NCBI GenBank assembly: GCA_965220085.1
Contig: CBDCOZ010000003.1
Span: forward strand, 1,824,001-1,888,000
Length of the DNA stretch: 64,000 nucleotides
Origin: Candidatus Oxydemutatoraceae bacterium
GTDB taxonomy: Bacteria > Pseudomonadota > Gammaproteobacteria > Poriferisulfidales > Oxydemutatoraceae
Direction: 5' to 3'
The notes under the pieces were generated by a model. The model saw nothing but the letters and a program-made list of their open reading frames with translations, ran no database searches and had not been told where the DNA came from. The first letter of the stretch is position 1; each line of letters begins with the position of its first letter. Positions 49,090 to 58,996 of the stretch are shown here, piece by piece. Made by a program: the position numbers and the translations under genes.

Positions 49090-49577
49090 TCACGAGCCTC
49101 CTCAACCATTGCATCAATGATAGTCTGCAACAGCAACAATATAAAAAGAATATTTACCGCAGAAACCCCAAACAGTGCTGATATTAGGAGTTGGTCTAAA
49201 CTAATTCCAGCAAAGTCGCGAAGGGTTGTGACGAGAACGCCGACTTTAGACGTGAAAGCTATTGTCGTATAAAAAATAACAAAAGAAATAGAGAATATTA
49301 ACCAATAGCTACTTATTAGTAAGTAAGATTTTAAAATATGTGTGCCTCTTTTTTTTGCTTCTTCATCAATGCGCTTGTGCAGGTACTTTGTGTAAGAAGA
49401 GCCATACAAAACGGTAATAGATGTCATGTAGAACCCAAACACAATTGAAAAAAACACCACAAGACTCTGCGCTGTTATATCAGTTATGCGAGCATCGAAA
49501 AAGAAAGCCAGTACCGCCACAAGCAAGAAAATACCACAAGCTATATTTTTGTGCACCTTTCGCATCCTACTCCTCAA
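49086..49577 (-). CDS. Hypothetical 4-TM membrane protein
   Basis: Four hydrophobic segments; overlaps both neighbours. Confidence 0.7.
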   Translation of the reverse strand: MRSRMRKVHKNIACGIFLLVAVLAFFFDARITDITAQSLVVFFSIVFGFYMTSITVLYGSSYTKYLHKRIDEEAKKRGTHILKSYLLISSYWLIFSISFVIFYTTIAFTSKVGVLVTTLRDFAGISLDQLLISALFGVSAVNILFILLLLQTIIDAMVEEARE

Positions 49578-50364
49578 TCCTTTCGATTAGCTTCTGTTTG
49601 ACCTCATTAGGATCGTGGAACCCATCTTCATCCTTAGCAACCTCCACTATTACTTTTTGTGTAAATGTGTCAACGTTAAATACTGATTCAAAATTCTGGT
49701 CATCTTCTCCGATACAAGTCAGAGATTTAACTTCTGATTCCTGCTTCCATCTCACCATCTGCATAAAACATGCAACAAACTTGTCCGTTAGCCTTGCATT
49801 CTTAAAGTTTGCTTCAAGCGTAAAATCTTCGGGTTCTCCAAGACCATACATATCTTTGTGATTTGGGAAAATCTCCATGATTTTAGCTTGCTGGCTAAGC
49901 AAATCTCTCGTAACTATAAGCTTTACTTTATTAACCTTAGCCAGATGCCTTACAAAGTCTTCAGGATCTTTAAAAATATTCTTTATCACAACTCCCTGTT
50001 TCAATTTTCTATTTAAATACTTTTCAAACCACGATTTTTGCCTCGTATTAGAAAGGTAAAGAACACAAGCCTCAGCATGATAAAGACCAAACAACTCTTT
50101 GTCAGGCTCAATCTGATAAGCATCCCGAGGGTTACTCTCTTCTGTCTCGGTTTTAGTGTTGATAACAATTTTACTACGCGGTAAGGGCCTACCGTAGCGA
50201 GCATGCAACCAAAAATACTTATTTTCAACAATCTCTGTATAAATCTGGTAAGCAACACTATCACTTAAATCGTGAACGTGACCCTCATCGATATCTTCTA
50301 AGTCCTCAATGGAGGGGACTTTCCCACCGATAGTAATATATAAAGAAGACAACTCCAGACTCAT
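49567..50364 (-). CDS. Hypothetical soluble protein, first gene of a low-GC three-gene operon
   Basis: Long AT-rich ORF overlapping the next gene; no motif recognised. Confidence 0.7.
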   Translation of the reverse strand: MSLELSSLYITIGGKVPSIEDLEDIDEGHVHDLSDSVAYQIYTEIVENKYFWLHARYGRPLPRSKIVINTKTETEESNPRDAYQIEPDKELFGLYHAEACVLYLSNTRQKSWFEKYLNRKLKQGVVIKNIFKDPEDFVRHLAKVNKVKLIVTRDLLSQQAKIMEIFPNHKDMYGLGEPEDFTLEANFKNARLTDKFVACFMQMVRWKQESEVKSLTCIGEDDQNFESVFNVDTFTQKVIVEVAKDEDGFHDPNEVKQKLIERIEE

Positions 50365-50551
50365 CGATTATTCCCCATATCGCTCACACGACTCAAACAT
50401 TTCATTTCCATACTAGAATCTGCATGCTACTTTTCTTCATAATAAAAAACGCTTTCTTTTTAGGAGATAAAAAGCTGAGAAAGCAGATTGCAGAAACTCT
50501 TAAAATCTATCTAAGCCATAAAAAACAAAACCACTCGCCCAGTATATCACT

Positions 50552-50900
50552 TCAGCCAGTAGTTAAAAATATTTCGTAGCGTTGTTTCAGGCGGTCGCAA
50601 TCCGGACGATTCTCCAATTGCCGTAGCAGGTGAATGCGCCGTTCGTTCATCTCTTGAAAGCCGTGTTTCAGCATCGGCCCATCGTGCTCTTCCAGCATGT
50701 CGCGGTTGATATGAATCCGGTAGTCCGGGTCAATGCCGAGGATGTTCTGGTCGTAGGCACTGTGATGAATGCAGCACAACGATAGTCCGTTCGGCACTTC
50801 GGTTCTGCCGTCGCGCACGCCGGGAATGATGTGCGCAACATCCGGCAGGCTCTCGCGCTTCAAGCGGCATATGGCGCACTGACTGCCGTAACAACCTTCA
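50552..50900 (-). pseudogene. 5'-truncated HNH restriction-endonuclease fragment
   Basis: 'YGSQCAICRL....DVAHII....VPNGLSLC..HH.AYD..ILGIDPDY...DGPML...RPD.DRL..RY'; no N-terminal domain or credible start. Confidence 0.65.
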
Positions 50901-50913
50901 TTTATGAAACTGC

Positions 50914-51333
50914 TTATCTTCTTCGTTGCTTTAATATGCGAGGTGGTGAAAACTGCGAATAGAATTGGGGCGGCTGGAAGCAAGGGTCTTTTTGACGTAT
51001 CTCAGATAATGAAAAGTCCTTAGAAAGGGGCTTAACCTTCTCCCAAAATACTAATGACACATGCTCTGAGTCTGCCACATAATCCGAGTATTCCTTTTTA
51101 GTTATAGCAATCTGAGTTCTGTAACTTTTCCAAGCCGCAACCGGAGACATGCGTAATACATTCTTAACCGTCGCAAGAGCCGCTATCGCACCAAGCGGAA
51201 GAGTTCCATACACCCACACATTTGAGTTTTCCGACAATAGATGCAACGGACGCTTTCTTAACTCTATGGTCTTCTCGCCGGAAAGCATCAAGTCAAGGTA
51301 CTCAGGCTTCAAGGAAATAATAAACTCAGTCAT
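50914..51333 (-). CDS. ASCH/PUA-like domain protein
   Basis: 'IISLKPEY...MLSGEKTIELRKR...VWVY.T.P.GAI...PPQFY'. Confidence 0.85.
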   Translation of the reverse strand: MTEFIISLKPEYLDLMLSGEKTIELRKRPLHLLSENSNVWVYGTLPLGAIAALATVKNVLRMSPVAAWKSYRTQIAITKKEYSDYVADSEHVSLVFWEKVKPLSKDFSLSEIRQKDPCFQPPQFYSQFSPPRILKQRRR

Positions 51334-51487
51334 GGAACCCCTTTGTCGGGAATGCGCCGACGATTGATGTCATGAATGATGGGGGATGGACTCAAGAGAC
51401 GACCTCCAGCAACTGGTGCACACGAACAAGCTACTTTGCCGACAAGACAGGCATAATCCGGGAATGGAAGCAACACGGTTGCAACCA

Positions 51488-54400
51488 TTAAGATTGGGGG
51501 TCTAGCCCCAACTTGGCAAGAAGCTCTTGAAGGCCTTTTTCAAGTTCCTGAGAAATGCCCGCTTGACGTAGTTTCTGAACAAGTTTCGGCAACTCGTGCC
51601 ACATGTAAGAGGGTGATTTTGACCTCCCCAACCATATTAACAATCGTGCTACCTCTTCCGGGTGATGCGCACATAGACTACCTTTGTTAAGATCGTCAAG
51701 ATTGTATATCACCTCCCTTCCGGTCTCAGAGAGTCGTATCTTAACAGCTAACCCGACGGCTTCCGGAAACACCTCTGCCAAGTTTGACAACCATCTAATC
51801 ATATGCGCTACTTCTTCAGGTTCTAGCGACTTGGGAATCCCATCCAGTCGATTTTTCCAATAGTCTTTAAGCCAATGTTGCCAGATCTTTTTCTGCTTTT
51901 CCCCATCCGAGTCTTTTAAAACAAACCACATTCGCTCTGCAAAAATACGTCTGGCATCCTCATCTCCGTGCTCAAAGAACTTTGGAATCCATTCGTCGAG
52001 TGGCTTGGGAACATAATGATTTATCATGAATAGGTAGTCGGCGATAAATCTATTTTGTCTGTCTCCCATACTCCCATCCTTAAAAATATCACCGAGATAC
52101 TCGACCGCCTTTAGAAAAGGCCCTGCCAATAAATCTGCTACTGTCGGGGTAATACGCCCCTGATACAGAAAACCGTCCCAGACAGCCTGATAGCCTTCAT
52201 CAGGATTATCTGTTTCAAATAGCGGAAGCAAGTGTTTTTTAGTCCATGCCTCATCAGCGGCTACCAAAAAGTGTAAGCCTCTGGCAAGAATAGTCCGACC
52301 AAGCCTGCCGCACAGTGTCGCATCTTCCACGATGTTTGAAAGTTCATGACGATAGTTCTCAGGAAGCTTATCGGGCGCAGAGTTCTGTTCTTTTCGCCAA
52401 CGTGAAATAGCGCTTAGCCAGAAAAGTGCGAGCGTTCCCGCAGGGTGATCAAGTGCCCAATATATCCAACCTTCAAACTGCTCACACATGTCCTCCTGCT
52501 TGAGATGACCCCAGAGCCTACTGGCAATCTCTTCAGCCTGCGGAAGTAATCTCATCGCATAATCCTTCCCCCCATCCTTCACCAGCGAATAAAGCGCATC
52601 GGCTACTTCTCGGCTATGTTCAGAATACAACTCTGGTTGCGCCAGCCATCGGAGAATTTGCTTATATTCATTTTCATCCAAATCCATCTCTGCCCACGCC
52701 CGTATCATTGCGCCCCAGAGATCGGCATCCCATTTCTCGGCAGTGCCTAATGCTTCTGCCAAACCGATGCCCCACTTAAATTTTGTTTTCGATGCTTCCG
52801 TTACTGTCTGCAAAAGGCCATGGAGCCTAGTCTCTAAAGGGTTCGTAGGTTGATAAGACAACAAATCATCAAGCCGATTAGTAGCTGGTTTGGACAGCAA
52901 TTCTTCCACACTCCACGGACCTTGCGGTCGAAGCGCACTACGACATGTTTCACTCCAAGAAGTAAAGTCAGGGTGCTTACGCATCTTAAAGTCCGTATAT
53001 TGCTTGCGGATATCATCCAATTCTCGCTTGAGCAACTCACAATCAGGATCAACCTGATTAAGCCAAGCCAACCAATTGAAATGTTCATATGCAACTTTCT
53101 TATCTTTATCAGAGTCTTCTTCTTTAGGCCATTGGAACTTTTTCACCTCTGCTATGATTCTTTCTCGGTGACTTAGGCTTGTTTCAGGGTAAACTGACTT
53201 CATTGCCTGAAAGATTTCATGGTGTATTCCGATGTCGTGAAAATTAACATGCCCTAACAACCAATCAACTTTGTCATCGGCGTTTAAATCTTCTCGCACA
53301 GACAACCCGTGCACCGCCAGACGCCGCAATAGCGGAGCGTCAGAATCAGCAAGCCGAGCACACCAGCACTCAGCCCTCTGTGTCTTATTTTTAGCCAACC
53401 ATTCAAGACAGTCACGCATTGCATCAATTAGCACATCAACGGATTCAGGATACCGATCTTGCGGATGAGGCTCAATAGCAGACCTGTCAAAAGATAAAGG
53501 TTCCCACTCTCTATGTGCCTGTCCCCAAACGCATAGGGTGGAGTGCATCTCTTCCCAACGAGGCACCAATCTCTCAAGTACATCTTCGGCTACTTCCGCC
53601 AACTCGGACTTCAAGCCCTCCCAAAGTTCGCTGAGATTATGGTAATCACCGATTGACACCATATCCGCCTTGAACTCCGGAATGTTGTCCTCCTGCACCA
53701 GAAGTGCCAATGGATCTTTGGAAATCTGTATGTGCCACATTGCCAAAGCATCAAAAACTCGTAGTAAGTCGTCTGGCAATTTATGCTTGACGCAACGCTC
53801 CCCTAACCACAATAGAACCGTTGGAACAGCATCCTTAGTAGAGATAGCATCCTTGGGAGCAGTATCTAGCAACACCGACACCCAGCGAGACAAAACATTC
53901 TCATCAGGCAAATCTTTTAGCCCAATGACTCTTCCCAGAGCAAACCAAAAAGACGGATGTAGTTGCATCTTATGCTTGCCAATCAATTGAAACACTTCAT
54001 CAGGATACTGATAGGCAAAATTTTCTGCCAGCCACCGACTGAACTCAGCATCTTGTTCATTATCTTTGTCATTGAAAGATCTATTATTGAAAAGATTGGC
54101 TAAATGACCTTCGCGATCAAGCCATTTAATCCATGCCGGATTCCGAGTGGCAGCCGTGAAAAAGCGGACATTCGCTACATCGTCTTTCAACGCGCGATTC
54201 AGAAGATCGCTATCCTCGTTGTCTGAGGGAGGAGGTTCCCTTTTAGCAATATTTTCAATTTTTTGTTTCCAATCTAGGATTCTAAAACTTGCTTGCTGAA
54301 CTAGTTTTTCAATGCCTCTATAGAGTTGGTCATAATCTTCCGGTTCTGACTTTTGAAACAGAATCGGCTTAATCCCAAGCATGTTCCATTTCTCTTCCAC

Positions 54401-55078
54401 ACCTTCTGCTTCTGCCGCAAGGGCGAAGCGTTGGGTTGTTTCTGCTTCCGATAGGGCACGGGCTAAGTAGTTCATAATTGTGTCATCGTGTTTATAGCCT
54501 ACAAAGAGAACGGTGAAGCGACGAAACAAATCGACTAAGAAACGGCTGGCCCGCCCTTCGGTCACATAACTTCTTCCAAAGTCTCCATCGGTAAGAACCA
54601 TCCCGTCAGGATGAGAAACGGAGCCGTGCACATGAACTATTCCCTTAAAATCCTGCCCCAAAGGAAGAGCAGGCGCTCGAAATACCTCTGGCACCGAATC
54701 AAAAATTTCCTTAGCAGCCTGTTCAAATAAGCAATCAAAATTGGTTGTAACTATCCGAACCGATTTAGCATTCGGATAAAGCCTTAAAAGATTTTTGTGC
54801 AATTCTGTGGGTTGCGAATCTCGCCGTGTAAGTATGTCTTTGGCCCGTTTATGAACCTCTGCCCCAGGATGCTTTAACCTGCCGAGAAAATGATCCAGAG
54901 ATTCTTCATCTCGTAAGGTCTCGCCAGACCCTTCGGCAATTTCTTTCGCCAAGTCCTTAAAGTCCGGCAAATCAGCCGGGGCTGGCTTTGACACGCCGGC
55001 ACCCGCAAAGACTACTAAGTTGCCATCGCGCAAGGCATCCAGTACTGGGTCAGGGAAATCGATTCCGGCGAGTTTCAT
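51488..55078 (-). CDS. SIR2-like NADase domain + long helical region (DUF4020/DSR-like anti-phage sirtuin)
   Basis: 'LVVFAGAGVS...LPDF', 'IVTTNFD', 'HVHGS', 'VLFVGY...D'; 1196 aa. Confidence 0.85.
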   Translation of the reverse strand: MKLAGIDFPDPVLDALRDGNLVVFAGAGVSKPAPADLPDFKDLAKEIAEGSGETLRDEESLDHFLGRLKHPGAEVHKRAKDILTRRDSQPTELHKNLLRLYPNAKSVRIVTTNFDCLFEQAAKEIFDSVPEVFRAPALPLGQDFKGIVHVHGSVSHPDGMVLTDGDFGRSYVTEGRASRFLVDLFRRFTVLFVGYKHDDTIMNYLARALSEAETTQRFALAAEAEGVEEKWNMLGIKPILFQKSEPEDYDQLYRGIEKLVQQASFRILDWKQKIENIAKREPPPSDNEDSDLLNRALKDDVANVRFFTAATRNPAWIKWLDREGHLANLFNNRSFNDKDNEQDAEFSRWLAENFAYQYPDEVFQLIGKHKMQLHPSFWFALGRVIGLKDLPDENVLSRWVSVLLDTAPKDAISTKDAVPTVLLWLGERCVKHKLPDDLLRVFDALAMWHIQISKDPLALLVQEDNIPEFKADMVSIGDYHNLSELWEGLKSELAEVAEDVLERLVPRWEEMHSTLCVWGQAHREWEPLSFDRSAIEPHPQDRYPESVDVLIDAMRDCLEWLAKNKTQRAECWCARLADSDAPLLRRLAVHGLSVREDLNADDKVDWLLGHVNFHDIGIHHEIFQAMKSVYPETSLSHRERIIAEVKKFQWPKEEDSDKDKKVAYEHFNWLAWLNQVDPDCELLKRELDDIRKQYTDFKMRKHPDFTSWSETCRSALRPQGPWSVEELLSKPATNRLDDLLSYQPTNPLETRLHGLLQTVTEASKTKFKWGIGLAEALGTAEKWDADLWGAMIRAWAEMDLDENEYKQILRWLAQPELYSEHSREVADALYSLVKDGGKDYAMRLLPQAEEIASRLWGHLKQEDMCEQFEGWIYWALDHPAGTLALFWLSAISRWRKEQNSAPDKLPENYRHELSNIVEDATLCGRLGRTILARGLHFLVAADEAWTKKHLLPLFETDNPDEGYQAVWDGFLYQGRITPTVADLLAGPFLKAVEYLGDIFKDGSMGDRQNRFIADYLFMINHYVPKPLDEWIPKFFEHGDEDARRIFAERMWFVLKDSDGEKQKKIWQHWLKDYWKNRLDGIPKSLEPEEVAHMIRWLSNLAEVFPEAVGLAVKIRLSETGREVIYNLDDLNKGSLCAHHPEEVARLLIWLGRSKSPSYMWHELPKLVQKLRQAGISQELEKGLQELLAKLGLDPQS

Positions 55079-55132
55079 TTGTCATTGGATTAAATCAATT
55101 CGCTAATTATAAACTCCTCACCAGTAGTGTGC

Positions 55133-55654
55133 TTATCGCTTGGCGGCATGGCGCTCCGCTATGAGTGCGGCCAGAGGGCTGTTCTCCGCCACATGGGGGA
55201 TTTCGGCATCCGTTGCCAGCGCCAATATCAGGCGGTTGCGTTCAAGAGCGGTAGCGCGTGTGATGCGGCGAACTTCCGGCGGGCAAGCGGTGAGAATGAG
55301 AAGGCGGCCTTCGGTCAGGGGGGCTCGTTCTTTGGGGGGGATTCGGTAGTTGGCGGCGAGGCCGCGGGCGAGGAGTTTGACGGCGCGACCTTTGCGGCGC
55401 AGGGCGGAATGCAGCACTTGTTGCTCAAGGGGGCTGTGGAAGCCGCTTAGGATAACGCGGCCTTCTTTTGTCCACTGAGGAATGCGGTCGATGGTTTTTA
55501 GAAAGACACTGCCCGGACATTGACGAGAGGCGATTAAGCCGAGCAGAGGTTCTTGTAGCAAGTCCGGATCGCCGATGGCCGTCCAATTTTGCTTGGCTTG
55601 TGCGCCGACTTTGGCGAGCAGGGCGGCGGGCAAAGGCAAAGCGGACGGCTTCAT
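55133..55654 (-). CDS. Short DprA/SLOG-fold protein
   Basis: 'GD.DLL....LGL.ASR.CPG...VILSGFHSPLE...LARG...A.ERN..I.ALA'; start overlaps the methylase stop (ATGA). Confidence 0.75.
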   Translation of the reverse strand: MKPSALPLPAALLAKVGAQAKQNWTAIGDPDLLQEPLLGLIASRQCPGSVFLKTIDRIPQWTKEGRVILSGFHSPLEQQVLHSALRRKGRAVKLLARGLAANYRIPPKERAPLTEGRLLILTACPPEVRRITRATALERNRLILALATDAEIPHVAENSPLAALIAERHAAKR

Positions 55655-58600
55655 GTTTCGTTATCTTCGCTACTCTCAATATTCGCCCTTGATGCCGTCT
55701 GCGTATAGAAAAGTTCAATATCGTCCCAGACAGCATCAAACCCTAAATGCTTTGCAATGATGGCATCAGACTTATCAGTTATATTGCGACACTTGACCAA
55801 GTTGTAATTTCCAACGCGTAAGCCAGCGTTTTGCTCAAACTGAATCTCCTTTTTAACTGCTTTTTTTAGTTCGGGTACTAAGGCAAGCAACTGCTGTCGC
55901 ACATCGGATGGCAAGTGATTAGGGTTCCAAGGAAAGGAGGAGGAAAACTGTTGCGTTACATGAAAGTCGTCGCCTATGGCAATCCAGAATGCGTAACCTA
56001 TCTTTCCATTCAGAGCAAGAAACGCTATATCTCGTGCATCCTTGCTATTAAAGTAAATTGTATTGTATCCCGTATGCGGTATCTGCCGGCCATTCGCATC
56101 AAAACAGGGGGCCTGCTGATGGGTGAAAGAGAGAAAGTACATTGCTACATTTCGGAAGTGTAGTTCATACGGCGCCCCTGATTGATTCACTGCGGCCTCC
56201 AATGTGCGCCTTGTTCCTATTAAATGCTGAAATGCGCGTATTAGTTCCTGCGTGTTGACCTTTGGTATGCGACCGTCCCAGAGCTTCCGGTTATAACTCG
56301 CATAGGATAGCGTTGTGAATAGATGGTCACGCGCTTTAATCCCCCAGCGGTGAAGCCGTGATGTATATTGAATATTGCCTTGTCCCGCAACAGACCCGAG
56401 GTGAATCGTATGTCGGATACTAACACCAGAAAAAAGAGTCGTCGGTCTTCTACTAAAGTGTGAAAACCAATTTCGGCTATATCTCTCATGTAGAGAGTCG
56501 CGCAGTTTACCAAAGCGCCTATTGAATGAAAGACTCAGCGGAACAATCATGCCGGTACGGGCGTTAGGCCCGGCTATATCAATGACTCGCTCCAAACACC
56601 AAGCATAGATATCCGGACAGAGCTTCGTTTTATAATCTTTGACAAAATAATCCACTTTGCGTGAATTCACATAAGGCGGATTCCCAATCACCACATCAAA
56701 CCCGCCCTCGCGCATCACCCCGTAGAATTCCGCAAACCAGTGAAACGGCTGATGGCTTTTGCGCCAACTGTCAAACGACGAGTCTTTGCCGTACTCCTGC
56801 GCCAGATACCGATTCAGTTTCAGACTCAGGTTGTCTAGTGTTGTTCGCAGTTCGTCCTTGTCTTCCGAAGTGACCTTGCCTCCAAGCGCCGTTTGTTGTT
56901 CTCTAAATCGATTAAAAATATCCGCTGCATCAGCGATATCAGTCTTGATCTTTTCTTTACCGCTGGGCAACAAGTCACCTGACTCATCAAACTGCTTCTC
57001 AGTGGCGAAACCCACCAGCGCATTGCCAGTGCGAATGTTGAAATCAATGTCGGGCAATGGCTCCAAATCATCGGTCGTCCGCACTTGCGATACCAACTTG
57101 AGGAACAAGCGCAGTTTGCAAATCTCCGCCGCCTCGGCCATGATATCCACGCCGTAGAGATTGTGCAGGATGATACTTTTATAGACAAAATAGGGGCGTG
57201 ATGGGTGACTGTTGACCTCTTCAAGTATCCGGACAAAATCAGCCTCCGGTTTTTTGCCCAATTTGCCGGCATCTTCAATAAAACCTTCCATGCGATCCAG
57301 ACATGTTTCATACAGCGGTTCCAATATATTCAGAGCGGCAAACAAAAAAGCGCCGGAACCGCAGGTGGGGTCCAGAATGCTGATGCCGTGACGGAAATGC
57401 TGATTGGACTTTTCCGGCACTCGCCCGACGATGGCTTGCCATATGGCGCGCAACAACTGCGGACCAGCGCTGGTGACGATGATATCCTGCATGAACTGTT
57501 GGATATCCAGGTTGTGGGTGATGAGGTCATCTGTGCTTTTAATCTCGCCGGCGGCTAATTTCTGCCGTATCTCCAGACAGCGTTTGCGCCGCGCGACATA
57601 TTCGCGCCAGGTCTCGGTGGGCAATGCGCCTGGCTCGCCATCGCCTGTTTGGAAACTCGCCTCATCCAAGTTATAGCGTTTGTCGGCCATGCGCGCATTG
57701 GCGTCATTCATGCCGGCTTGGACAAAGTCCGGCAGCGCCGATTCCGGCACGACCTCACCGGCGGCATCGATCACTCCGGTTTTCATCGCCGAGTAAATGT
57801 ATCTGACAGGATCATCTTGCAACAGGTTCCAGACAGACTCATCGCCATCAAAAGCCACCTTGCAACGTTGCCGCGCCTGCTCTAGCAGACAAGGGATGAC
57901 CGTATTCTGACCGATGTATTCGGTGATGTCCTCTTTGGTGTAGTAGGCGCCCATCTGCTTTTGGTTGATGTATTTCTCAAAGATATAGCCGAGCACATCC
58001 GGATTGATTTCGTTGTCTTTCTTCAGCGGGCGGTCGTCCAAATGCCAATCGTATTCATCAAAGAATGCAAACAGTCGCTCGAAGGCCTCGTCGGGGATGT
58101 CGATGTCTTTGTTGGATTGTTCCAGCAAATGCAGATCAAACAAGCCGCCGTTGAGGTAGGGAACCTTGCCTACCAATTGCGCAAAATCGGCGGTTCTCTC
58201 GTCCTCCGGAGTGCCGAGACCTTCGTGGAACAGCCGGCGCAAGAAGGTGCGGTAGAAAGAATGAAATTGGTCTTTGCCCTTTTGATCGCGAACCGTTTTC
58301 AGCTTGTCGGTCAGATAATTGATGTTGTCGTCAAGGAAGCCTTTGCGCTGAATGAAGTAGACGAACATCATGCGGTTGAGCATCAGAGATGCATACCATT
58401 CTCTGTGCGTTATGTCTTTCAACCCTTCGACGAATTTGGAAAAAACCTGGTGCTCGGCCTTAAAGCGGTCGTAGAATTTTTTGGAAACCTTGTCACGGTC
58501 AAAAGCGCTGCGCAGACCGGTAGTGACATCGGTCAGCATGATGTCCTCTTCTTCTTCCAACTTCCAGACGATGGCTTCCAACTTTTGCCGCAGAGATTCG

Positions 58601-58977
58601 CCGCTGGTATCTTTATGCCAAGTGTGGGTGCGGGGGGATATGGGCTTGCCCGGCGAGCGCAAAACCCACAACCAAGTGAGGGTCGTCTTGTCGGCATTGG
58701 CAAAAATCAACAGGTGTTCGTGAGCAATGCGAGTGACTTCTCTTTCAATCTTTAACTGCACTGGGTAAGCAGGGATACTGCCTTGCGCATCCGGACTGCA
58801 TAAGAAGATGAAAACGTCATGCTTCTCGGCAATAGCGGTTAGTTCAAATGTCCGGTCATCAACATTGATCCCTTGTGGCGGACGTTGAGCGCGATTCCAG
58901 CCAAGTTCTTCAATGAACAATTGTTCAAGATTAGCTTCAGAAAGCAGTCTCTCAAAGTTAGTGGCGTTGATAGTCAT
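55651..58977 (-). CDS. Large gamma-class N6-adenine DNA methyltransferase (Eco57I/DrmMI-like) with a C-terminal TRD
   Basis: 'PYLNGGLF', 'GAYYT', 'ILDPTCGSGAFL' (motif I), 'LYGVDI', 'FDVVIGNPPY' (motif IV). Confidence 0.9.
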   Translation of the reverse strand: MTINATNFERLLSEANLEQLFIEELGWNRAQRPPQGINVDDRTFELTAIAEKHDVFIFLCSPDAQGSIPAYPVQLKIEREVTRIAHEHLLIFANADKTTLTWLWVLRSPGKPISPRTHTWHKDTSGESLRQKLEAIVWKLEEEEDIMLTDVTTGLRSAFDRDKVSKKFYDRFKAEHQVFSKFVEGLKDITHREWYASLMLNRMMFVYFIQRKGFLDDNINYLTDKLKTVRDQKGKDQFHSFYRTFLRRLFHEGLGTPEDERTADFAQLVGKVPYLNGGLFDLHLLEQSNKDIDIPDEAFERLFAFFDEYDWHLDDRPLKKDNEINPDVLGYIFEKYINQKQMGAYYTKEDITEYIGQNTVIPCLLEQARQRCKVAFDGDESVWNLLQDDPVRYIYSAMKTGVIDAAGEVVPESALPDFVQAGMNDANARMADKRYNLDEASFQTGDGEPGALPTETWREYVARRKRCLEIRQKLAAGEIKSTDDLITHNLDIQQFMQDIIVTSAGPQLLRAIWQAIVGRVPEKSNQHFRHGISILDPTCGSGAFLFAALNILEPLYETCLDRMEGFIEDAGKLGKKPEADFVRILEEVNSHPSRPYFVYKSIILHNLYGVDIMAEAAEICKLRLFLKLVSQVRTTDDLEPLPDIDFNIRTGNALVGFATEKQFDESGDLLPSGKEKIKTDIADAADIFNRFREQQTALGGKVTSEDKDELRTTLDNLSLKLNRYLAQEYGKDSSFDSWRKSHQPFHWFAEFYGVMREGGFDVVIGNPPYVNSRKVDYFVKDYKTKLCPDIYAWCLERVIDIAGPNARTGMIVPLSLSFNRRFGKLRDSLHERYSRNWFSHFSRRPTTLFSGVSIRHTIHLGSVAGQGNIQYTSRLHRWGIKARDHLFTTLSYASYNRKLWDGRIPKVNTQELIRAFQHLIGTRRTLEAAVNQSGAPYELHFRNVAMYFLSFTHQQAPCFDANGRQIPHTGYNTIYFNSKDARDIAFLALNGKIGYAFWIAIGDDFHVTQQFSSSFPWNPNHLPSDVRQQLLALVPELKKAVKKEIQFEQNAGLRVGNYNLVKCRNITDKSDAIIAKHLGFDAVWDDIELFYTQTASRANIESSEDNET

Positions 58978-58996
58978 GCGGAAATTTTCTTTGTTG

